64,000 nucleotides of DNA from Paraspadella gotoi (taxonomy: Eukaryota; Animalia; Chaetognatha), in NCBI GenBank assembly GCA_051294375.1, contig CM119268.1, forward strand, positions 13,651,037-13,715,036, in the 5' to 3' direction. Numbering within the stretch: position 1 is the first letter of the stretch; each line of letters starts with the position of its first letter. A model generated the notes under the pieces. It saw nothing but the letters and a program-made list of their open reading frames with translations. It did not search any database and was not told the origin of the DNA. The position numbers were made by a program, and so were the translations under genes. Positions 11,854 through 22,900 of the stretch are shown here, piece by piece.

Positions 11854-14534
11854 GGATATCCATCCAAGGCTTCTTTTCATCGTTGTGAGATGCGTAATCA
11901 AGTTAATATTTTCTTTTCCTTAACAATCAGTCGACTGACACTGGGAGGAGTCAAAAATCGTGAAGGGAATTTTAGCGATTCGATTAATCAAAGTTCAGAT
12001 GTAAATTCCTCTTAACCTCGTGCACGAATCATTTTGACTTCGCATCATTTCACAAAAGAAATGCACTGCCTAAACTTTATTTGGGCCGATTTTTTTATAC
12101 TTTTATCCATTCGTCTCCGTCGAAATGTATATTTTCGTCTCTGAAAATTCGCAGCATTTTATCTGAATTTATACGTAAACTTTCTGTATACAAACAAATT
12201 TAGTGAATGTTCATCCTTTTTCTTCCCTTTATTCCTCGTGTTAGCTGTGCTTCGTCTTCCAAGTGCGATTAATATATTAAGCAGTAATAAAAAATCTTAA
12301 TGCTCCTTTTTAAAGACAGACCGCGGTCTTTTTGACCACGCTGCATCTTTAACAAAATAGCTGAAAAACAAATCAAATCAATCATATTTTTAAATTTTTT
12401 TTTTTTTTTTTGCTTTCGTAGTGCCGTCTTCCAATTCATTTTTACATGTGCGTAGAATTAAAAATGTTGAAGCTTGGGGTCAACGTCTATATTTTTTGTT
12501 GTTCGAGCCTTTTTTTTCCATCTATTAGTCACTTATTTTGGTCCGTGTCCAAAAGATGTCGGTTTCAACTGACATTGCGTGACTGTCTTCGTCAAAGTAT
12601 TGCAATGAATTCATATATATACTCCCGAATAGATCTACGCAGTCTTCTATACTTTGTTCTGTTCACTCCATTTCGTGACATTTTAGTTGCAGGTTCATAA
12701 TTAGCATTGAGTTCTCGGTGAGATTGATTGTAAGGTCGTTTGCAAGACATTAGAACCTAATTAGTTGAAATTTGATCGCGAATAAGTACGATCACTAATT
12801 TTGGAAAATAGTTGTATTATTATATTATATAGGGGGAGACTAACTCAATAAGGTGGTTAAGAAATTGAATTAAGCACCTACTCAAACGAAAATTTAGACA
12901 TTTTTTAAAAAATTTGAATAGACAAAATTGTTTTATATTACTCCATACTCCATATATTAATTTTTTAATATTTATTTATAAATAGGAAAGGCTAAAAATT
13001 TTTTTTGATTTTTTGATTTTTAAGATCAGATTCAGGTAGCTTGCAAAAAGTTGTCTACACAAAGTATAATTCTTTTTAATACTATTAATAATAAAAATTT
13101 GTAAAAAGAAAAGAAAAAGAAANNNNNNNNNNNNNNNNNNNNNNNNNATCATTTCAAAAACGATGATGCCTTTTTATTCTTTGGCTACTTTTATAGTAGC
13201 AATTAAAATTACCTTTTCATATTAAATTTTCGACTTTTTTAAAATCGCTCTCCGACTTTTCTAAAACGATCCCTAACTTTCTTTTTCTTTTCTTTTACAA
13301 ATTATTATTAATAGTATTAAAAAGAATTATACTTTGTGTAGCACAACTTTTTGCAAGCTAACCTGAATCTGATTTAAAAATCAAAAAATCAAAAAAATTT
13401 TGTAGCTTTCTATTTATAATAAATTTAAAAGATTATATATGGAGTAATGGAGTAATAAAAACAATTTTGTCTATTCAATTTTTAAAAATGTCTAAATTTT
13501 CGTTTGAGGTAGGTGCTTAAGGGTTCAATGTTCTTAACCACGCTTATTGAGTTAGGTCTCCCTATATAATATAATATACAACTATTTTCCAAAATTAGTG
13601 ATCGTACTTAATACTTTCGCGATCAAATTTCAACTAATTAGGTTCTAATGTCTTGCAAAGACCTTACAATCAATCTCACCGAGAACTCAATGCTAATTAT
13701 GAACCTGCAACTAAAATGTCACGAAATGGAGTGAACAGAACAAAGTATAGAAGACTGCGTAGATCTATTCGGGAGTATATATTGAATTAATTGCAATACT
13801 TTGACGAAGACAGTCACGCAATGTCAGTTGAAACGGACATCTTTTGGACACGGACCAAAATAAGTGACTATAGATGGAAAAAAAAGGCTCGAACAACAAA
13901 AAATATAGACGTTGACCCCAAGCTTCAACATTTTTAATTCTACGCACATGTAAAAATGAATTGGAAGACGGCACTACGAAAGCAAAAAAAAAATATTAAA
14001 AATATGATTGATTTGATTTGTTTTTCAGCTATTTTGTTAAAGATGCACGTGGTCAAAAAGACCGCGGTCTGTCTTTAAAAAGGAGCATTAAGTTGTTTTA
14101 TTACTGCTTAATATATTAATCGCACTTGGAAGACGAAGCACAGCTAACACGAGGAATAAAGGGAAGAAAAAGGATGAACATTCACTAAATTTGTTTGTAT
14201 ACAGAAAGTTTACGTATAAATTCAGATAAAATGCTGCGAATTTTCAGAGACGAAAATATACATTTCGACGGAGACGAATGGATAAAAGTATAAAAAAATC
14301 GGCCCAAATAAAGTTTAGGCAGTGCATTTCTTTTGTGAAATGATGCGAAGTCAAAATGATTCGTGCACGAGGTTAAGAGGAATTTACATCTGAACTTTGA
14401 TTAATCGAATCGCTAAATTTCCTTCAGATTTTTGACTCCTCCCAGTGTCAGTCGAACTGATTGTTAAGGAAAAGAAAATATTAACTTGATTACGCATCTC
14501 ACAACGATGAAAGAAGGCCTTGGATGGAATATCC

Positions 14535-14648
14535 TCATTCTCTGGCCATCGATTGCGCCAGGGACGCCGGCCCGAATCTCTTGCGCCATCTGCACCGTCG
14601 CGCAAAGTGGACAACAAAAGAACGACAACGCGTCTCCCACGATGGAAC
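14535..14648 (-). pseudogene. Inverted copy of PLAC8 exon 3B (probably an artefactual duplicate)
   Basis: Reverse complement of 11737-11853. It lacks the +1 base of the left copy but carries its own 2-nt deletion in GGC-GGC-CAA. No exon 2B or exon 1 was found upstream on the minus strand. Confidence 0.6.
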
Positions 14649-15753
14649 CTGAGAAAAGAAAATGTCGTCCAGGGTTTGAAACTAAGATTTTTTTTACATT
14701 TTATTCCTACAATAATCGTCGCGGGTTAATTGTACTTTGGCCGATGCGGGGTTAGGGGGGGGGTTAGGGTGGTTAAGGGTGGTTAGGGATAAGGAGGGTT
14801 TAGGGTTGCTTGCCGTTTTGTTTTCCAACTTTTAAAAATTATTAAGCTGTGCGTGTTATCATTCGATAACTTCGGCGAATCTTTCCATTTTCATCGACTC
14901 CTTCAGGTGTTGAATTTTAAGTCTATATAAGACACAATGAAAAATAAATCGTGGCGTTCTGTCTCGTGCTGAATTTGTCCCTTAAAATTGTTTCTGAGCC
15001 AAATTTATTGATTATTACTTTTGGTATATGTCGATATACACTACTGGACATTACTTGTGTCTGACGATCGAACGCGCTTGACCGATCAACAAAAACAGCT
15101 AACTAGGATCAAAAAATAGTAAAAACCGATTAGCAATATAGCTCGAAACGCTTACAAAATTTTAGACCATTGGCTTTTTATAAATGGCAAAAAAAATATT
15201 AAATATTTATTAAAACAAAATTTTCACGATAACTTAATAGTTAACCGAAAACCTAAGATGAATATTTTTTAGCCCATCATTTCTTCAATTTTATATGGAT
15301 CATATGTTTGTAATTAGTCCAGGATTAATGCTATAAAATATATGACAATTCATTTTCGAATTTTTTTTAATGAATGGGAGTTTTTCCTGCTTACTGTCGA
15401 TCGTAATATTTTAACGATTGTTTTAAGTTTTTTTTCTAAGGGGCGCTTAGCTTTTTAACTCTCGCGTATCCGTATCAAGTTAAAAATTCAATATACAACA
15501 CAAATAGCGGTTTAATTTCAAAATTTAATAATTTAAAAATTACGCAAAATTAAAATGAAAGTTTTTATTTTTTTTTCTTCTTTTTTTGAAAAAACCTTTT
15601 AATTAAATATAAGTACAATAAAAATAAAAACAAATCGTACGTCTTGATAGATTTTTTATAAAATTGAAAACTGATTATAGCGGTAATTAGGCGGTATCTA
15701 TAATATAGTATAATATATATATTATATATAATATATAATATATTATACCACTT

Positions 15754-15955
15754 CATTGATAGGAAAGCCAGGTTCACTGGGAGTGAATAAATAAGACTGT
15801 TAGAGAGTCTTGATTGAAAGCTTGCAGAAACCTGCTATGTTATTATCTTGTAAGTGTGATGGAGGCCTTTACCAAGCCTGTCCAAAGTCAGGGACAAGAT
15901 AGCTTATTTATTAAATGAATGGATAATTTTTATATTGGTTGTACCAATTTCATAG
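15754..15955 (+). mobile_element. Dispersed repeat family R1 (~200 bp non-autonomous element), longest copy
   Basis: Core CTGCTATGTTATTATCTTGTAAG.GTGATGGAGGCCTT...GCCTGTCCAAAGTCAGGG.CAAGATAGCTTATTTATTAAATGAATGGATAATTTTTATATTGGTTGTACCAATTTCATAG is shared with copies at 6581, 17921, 22481 and 60185. Confidence 0.8.
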
Positions 15956-16950
15956 GTTTAAACTTTCCTAGCTAAAATCAAACTTTTTGTTTTCTTTTCA
16001 TTCCATTTTTTTTTCTGTGATTGCTCCTCTGGCGGATATTTCGAAAGATTTAACCTCATCGAGTACCATTTGTTTATTTCCTCGTCCTCTCCGATAAAAT
16101 ATCAGCGCAAAATTCTTCGCGAAAAATAAAAATCGCTGGAAGAAACCGGAGATGATCTCTGGATCGCCATTCAGTTCAATTGGATGAGCTGATGTAAATT
16201 CATCGGTCTTAACGAAAACGATAGCGTAATCCCGTTACCCTTTTGAAAGACGTCAAATGAATGGTCTAAAATCACGCGCGCCATGCCGCCTCTTTCTTCA
16301 TTCTCAATTAGCAGGGGGCGGGGTTAGGGCATCTTCTTTTAATCCTAAACACTTTCAAGCCCATATTTCCTCTTTCTGTATTTATATATGTTCCATTAGG
16401 CATTACTAAATCTTTTTCTTTCTTTCCTTACTGCGTTTTTTATCCGTCCTCTTTTAGTTTGATTCTGTGTTATGCAAATCAGTTTATATCCTAGTATGAT
16501 TTTCTATCCGCGTCTCTTCATATTTTTTCTTGAAATTTATTTATTACGCCCGCATCATACGTTCGAAGCGCGGAGAGAGAGAGAGAGAAAGAGAGAGAGA
16601 TAGAGAGAGAGTGAGTGAGAGTGGGGGAGGATCGAGCGAATATCTTTTTTTTTCCCCTTTTTCTTCTTCTTTTTCTCGCAAATCGTATAACTCACTCTTT
16701 CTTTCTCTCTCTATCTCTCGCTCTCGCTCCTTCCTCGCGCAGAATTAATTTAAAACTCTCAGCCGTTCCGAAAAACCCCTGATGTCTAGCTCGAACGAAA
16801 TGGATCTCCGACGCTACGAATGGACTTCAGATTGATTATTCTCGTTAATCTTCTTTCAAAAGTTTTTCTGCCTTCGCCGCTCGACGAACGAAGGGGACCG
16901 ACGAGGACGACAACAACAACAACGACGACGACGACCGAGCTAATAAAATC

Positions 16951-19900
16951 ATGAACACCAACACGCGAGTCTACGTCGGGAATTTGACGGCGGAAGTCAC
17001 TCAGAAAGAACTGGAGAATTTCTTCAAAGGCTACGGAAAAGTGGACGAGTACAGCATCAAGGAAGGATACGGATTCGTGGTGAGTGAAATAAAAAAAAGC
17101 CGAATGATTACGACCTGGGAGGGGCAGAAGTCACGTGAAACGAGTAGATGTGAAGCCTTGTTGCCCGGCTGTCAAGTGAGTAAAAAAAAAAGTGTTTGGC
17201 TTTGAAGTACAGGAAAGATAGAGAGGGAGGGTGGAGTTATGTCTTCATTGACGGCGTCAAAAAATGTTTCGGAGTCTGAGAAGTGAGGATTTACTATCGC
17301 TGGATCTCACAATTCTGTCGTTTGCCTACTGAACCATAGTAGCTGTCACAGAAGTGATTTTTTTTGGTTCTTTTTTCGACGTGATAAAAAAGGTTTAACC
17401 AAACAGTTATTCAATTTGGCATATTTTTTTCGACAATTCAGTATCCATCCCTTTTTCTATAGACTATGCCTTCGCTACAATTTCTGTTTTTCTTTTCGTG
17501 TTTGTTTGTTATTTGATTCCTCCCGGTTCAAATAACTAATTTGAACTATCGATGCAGTTAAGCATTGGTGGACGCAATTCTATTATGAGAAAAGGAAAAT
17601 TTAAAAGATTTGCAAAGATGAGAGCAGAAAGTAAGCGGAAAAGAAAAATAAAGGGACAAAAGCGAAAGGCGAAAGGCGAAAGGCGAAAGGCGAAAGGCGA
17701 ATACCTCAGTTTTGAGGACGAAGTGCGCGTGAAGGAATCCATCGAATGGAGAAATTGAAAGAGTTTGAAACGAAAATCTGAATGATGGTGTGGAGGTTTA
17801 AAGATGAGAGAAAAAGTTTGGCGTCAGAATCGGTAAGAAACGAGTCGATGAATTTTATGGTGATTCAAGCGTATATAAGAAAAGTAATTAAATAATATGT
17901 CATGCTATGTCATGCTATTTCATGCTATGTCATAATGTTGTAAGAGTGATGGAGGTCTTAAACCACCAAAGCCTGTCCAAAGTCAGGGGCAATATAGCTT
18001 ATTTATTAAATGAATGGATAATTTTTATATTGGTTGTACAATTCCTTGTATGGTAGATTTGGAATTAAGGATTGTTTTTCTTAATCTACATCGAACAACA
18101 ACAAAATAAATTTTACGTACGAATGTAGTCTTAAATAACTTTCGTGATATAAGCTGCTTGATTATTTTTCATTCAAGTTTACTTGTGCTTCCTCAATCTG
18201 AACTTTTATTCGACGTTGTTCTATCGTCTTTTGATCAAAACAAAACGTTGTCTAGCATCTAAACTTGAGAAATTTAATAAACTTTAAAATTATAAAATGA
18301 AATTCACTTGTCGGCGTTAGTCGCTCATTGAGAAAAAAGTTTTGCTCGAAAACCTAATATTGTGCCAATCGCTAAGAATAGAAACGAACTTCTCTTGCCA
18401 CCTCCAGTTTTTTCGCCTTGAAATATTTTTTTTTTCTTTTTCTAATGTTTACTTTCTTTTCTCTTCGTTTTAACTTTCTATTTCTCCTTCCAACTTCTCT
18501 TCTCGAAATTCGAATGATGCTGGAGAAAGGATGAAATGGATGAAAAAAAAATTGTTTCTACTAAATTTACCGGGTTGTTTTTTTTTTTTTTTAATTTTGT
18601 TTCAAAAGGTCTTTCTCTTTGAATCAGCATCTATTGATCTTTCGTGTTTGCAAATAAAAAAAAAATTATATATTTCTCTCTAAATCTAGCTTATTACAAT
18701 TTACGATCAAGAATAAAAAAATCAGTTGAGACAGGAAAACATCTGGCAAATCTAGTAAAATTTTTTTTCTTCTCGTTTCAGTTCCGATTTGCAAAGCTGA
18801 GCCCGTGGTGTGTGTACGTAAATCTTTGAAAAATATGCCGCCATATCTTTCAACGAAGAAGGAAAATAAACTGTGGGCTGAATTTGTTTTGATTCTCTGT
18901 TTGTTTATATTCGCAGGATTTCGATGACCCGAGAGACGCTAACGACGCCATCGATGAGCTAGACGGAAAATCAATTCTCGGTAGAAGGTAAGAAATTTAA
19001 TTATGTAACTAAATTAATTATTAAGTAGGAAAAAACCCCAAAAAAATGATGTACAAAATTTCAGCCAAGTTAAAGACAAGATTTAATAGGAAACTGCAAA
19101 CGTAACTTAACAAAAATTATGAATCCATTCGTCATCTTTTACACATATTTAGAAGAATAGAAAGTCTCCGTTTGAAAAAAAAAAAAGAAGGAAATGCAAA
19201 TAAATTTAAAGAAAATCACCCCTCGACTCTCTCCTAAAAGCCACTTTAGTTTTAATTTATAGTTTTGTTGATGAAATGTATCGGTGGGTCGACACTGTGG
19301 TAAAGTTCGCCACTTCGTACCAGTCACAATAAGCCGAAAAAAAAAAGGTTTATGTTAGAGATAAATATTTCCAGCGCGGTGGTTGCCGTCATCTCGTCAG
19401 TGTTAGTCGAAAAAAAAAATCGTAATACTCTTTCTTTTGATTGAACTTGAAGTAGGCCAAGCGAAGAATACATTCACTTCTGGCCTCCATCCAATGATGA
19501 CAGGGCGTCGATGTAAATTACGCGCGACATAAGAAGAGCGTTGATTGGCGCATCCCTGAGAACTTGGATCGATCCCGTCGAAAAATAAAATGAACAAAAG
19601 TGCATCAAGAGGAGAAGCGAACGTGACAAAAGGGGGGTGGTGGGATAATCACCGGGCTAACGGCGCTGTCGTTGTTGTTGTCGACGTTAGGGTGAATGAA
19701 CAGAAAACCAATCGGTTTAATCTTCGTCGTCACACGAGGACAGAAAAGTCCGTGAATGATTTCCAGACCACCCGATCACCGGCAACCATCCGATTTAAAT
19801 CTTGCCCACCTGAACCGTTCATCGCTCTGACGTCGAATTCAATCACGAAAACTTTCTAGTCGGATCAATAAATTCGATCTTTTTTTTAGAGTCGCGACTT

Positions 19901-22900
19901 TATTGAACGGTACAACATGCAAATAACAAAAACATTCAGATATTCGAGCTTCGGGATGAACTATACGTATTGTATAAGCGAGAAAGAAAGAGATCAATTT
20001 TATTGGTTTTTACTTTTTAGCGCTTTTCGTCTTTTCATTGAATTGAATGTCTCACCAAAGAAGACCAAAGATCGCAAAGTCGAATCTCGGAAATATTCAC
20101 CGTGTGTATTCGAGCGATTAGATTAGTCCCATCCAATCAGGCGGCTTTTTAAATACTTACCATAAATACGAGCTCGCCTCCTCTTCTCCCTCTCCTTCTC
20201 TCACCTTATCCAGCTTCTTCTTCTTTCTCACCCAAGAAGGAAAACCTTACCCGTTTGAAGACGACGTTGATAATGACGACGACTATACGACGACGATGAT
20301 GACGACGAAGACGCCGACGTCTCACAATGATAAACTGAAAATCGAACTATATTTACGAGGATGATGATGACCACGACGATGGTATTTCGTCTTTTGCAAA
20401 CATTCCTTTTAGGTCTAAGCTTTGAGTTCAGAAGACGGACATTATCTCTCTGGTAAAGATATTTTGGAATTTCATGAACCAAACGACCCGAAAAAATATC
20501 GTACATCAAATCCATTGGCATCATTTTTAAATTTGTAAATTAAAAAAAAGGAATTTAAATTCGTGCATCTTAAAAAAAAATGGTTTCTCCGTCTGATGAA
20601 AATTTATCTATCGCTCAATCAACTAATGAACCCAAAGAATGTCATTTCTGTCAAAAATCCTTCTTGAGTGAAACTTGTCTTCAAAGTCATTTATTAACTC
20701 ATGCAATATTTGGAAAATATAAATGTCATTTTTGCGATAAGTGGTTTCCTTGCAAATCATGGCTAGGTCGTCACTTACTTTCTCATAAAAGAGAGAAACC
20801 CCTAAAACCTTATATATGTGAATTATGCAAACAAGGCTTTACTAGAAAACACAATCTGAATCTTCATCTGATGAAGCATGTGAATGAGCGATGGTACGAA
20901 TGTGAAATTTGCTTAGAATCTTACCAAGGATCGGAAAATTTTGAAAAACATGTTTTATATCACAAAAATCTGGAGGATGCGCAAAAAAAACCATATAGAT
21001 GTGAATTTTGCCAAATGGGTTTTTTACAGATAGAATACCTAAGATGGCATCTTTTAACTCATAAAGATGAAGAGTCATACAAATGTAATAAATGCCTGAA
21101 GACCTATTTAACAAAAAGTCAACTAAATATTCATATGCGCAGTCATTTTGAAGAGAAACCACATCAATGTGGTATATGCCAAAAATCCTTTGTAACTCGG
21201 CATGATTTAAACCAACATAACTTAACTCATACGAAAGAAAAACCACATATATGCGAATTTTGTCAAACAGGCTTTGCGATTATTTCAAATCTGAAACAGC
21301 ATATCAAGACTCATACAAATGAAAAACCGTATAAATGCGAATTCTGCCAGAAAGCTTTTAGGTTGAATAGCAAACTAAAACGTCATATGGGAATGCACTC
21401 AAAGGAGAGACCATACAAATGCGAAATTTGCCAAAAGTCTCTTAAAAATAAAGAAAGTTTAACGTATCATGATGTTAAGCATAAAAACTTAAGACCACAC
21501 CAATGTGAAATATGTGAGAAGTCATTTACTTCTAAAAACGGTTTAAACATGCATCGTGTAATTCATACCAAAGAAAAACCGTACGCATGTGAAATTTGTC
21601 ACAAACCGTTTAAATTTAAGATTCATCTACAACTTCATGTTTCAAGACATAAGATGAGCCATCGATATGTGAAATTTGCCTAAAATGGTTTTCGCATCAT
21701 CTACTTCTACAAACTCATATAAAATCGCATGTCTAAGAGAAATAGCATCAATGAGAAATTTGTCAAAAGTCTTTCTCAAATAAATTTCAACTGAAAACAT
21801 ATTATCTCAGGCATGCTAATAATCGGGTACTGTCGCAGCAGCAAACTTCGTCTCTTTAATAACCGCCACAGTACACAAATACTGACTTTTTGAAAAAAGT
21901 TTTTTAAAGGAGAAACGACACAAATGTGAAGTTTGCCAAAAATGCTTTTTAACAAGAGGTTAAACATGTACAATATGTTAACTGTCTCGTTCTGTTTATA
22001 AAAAATAGTGATATTGCACAACTGCATAATCATTTATATGTCTGTGGAAAATTGTTTATTCTCTAATTTTGTCAACTTTGTGAACCCATTCAGGAAAAAT
22101 TCTCATAAAAATTATGCAATAACAAAAAGTATAACGATTAGACAACATCTATAATACATATAACAAGTTATTGTATAATAACGTACGTAAATATGAGAAC
22201 CGGTCAAAATTTTTTTTGTGCTACAGGCGTCCGTTTTGTACGTATTACTTTTGAATATTTACAGTACATATAATTTGTTCCCTGAGATACTTCACACATT
22301 GAATAATATGCACCGTATACAATTTTTTAGTTCGTAATATATATTAATTAATTGCTCATTATTTTCAAAATATGAAATTGGTTTTTTTTTGTTCCCTCGA
22401 AAAAAAATTATCTTTTTTATAGCATATGTGATCATTTTATCCAATTAAATTTAAAATACAATAAAAATCATATAAATTTATTGATAGGGAAGCATAACAC
22501 TCTAGGAGTTATTAAACTCGATTGAAATCGAGTCTCGCGACGTTATTATCTAGTAAAGGGAGATGAAGGCCTTAATTCACCGTAGTCTGTCCAAAGTCAG
22601 GAGCAAGATAGCTAGTTCCACGAATAATTTCATATTGTTTATACCAATTTCATAAGCTGAGACCGATGAAACTTTGAAAACCGTTTCTCGTTTTCCTCCC
22701 TCAGGGTGAAAGTCGAATACGCGAAGGGAGAGGCTCTCCCGAGCCGAACGCCCTCCGGCGCCCGAGGTCCGCGTCGAGGTTCGGAAAGAGGATTCCGCGG
22801 CGCCGATCGCGGCTTCAGAGGCGCCGACCGGGGCTTCAGGGGATTCTTCAGGGGCGCGAGGGGCGCCTCGACGGGCTTCAGGGGTCGGGGCAGAGGCGAT

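Larger units (their letters stand above)
11450..14931. repeat. ~1.65 kb inverted duplication (arms ~11450-13122 and ~13278-14931) around a 25-N gap
   Basis: The right arm is the near-identical reverse complement of the left arm, differing mostly by 1-2 nt indels. It includes PLAC8 exon 3B, its 3' UTR and an R2 copy. Probably an assembly artefact. Confidence 0.9.

Noticed and set aside
11575-14807. Integrated palindromic mini-chromosome, or long-TIR transposon capped by telomeric repeats
   Set aside because: The arms contain a host gene exon and 3' UTR, the telomere-like tract is short, degenerate and intronic, no TSD or transposase is visible, and the indel pattern plus 25-N gap point to assembly duplication.
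20228-21246. Minus-strand ORFs at 20228-20524 and 20842-21246
   Set aside because: No recognisable motifs; one is low-complexity and the other is antisense to the zinc-finger repeat.
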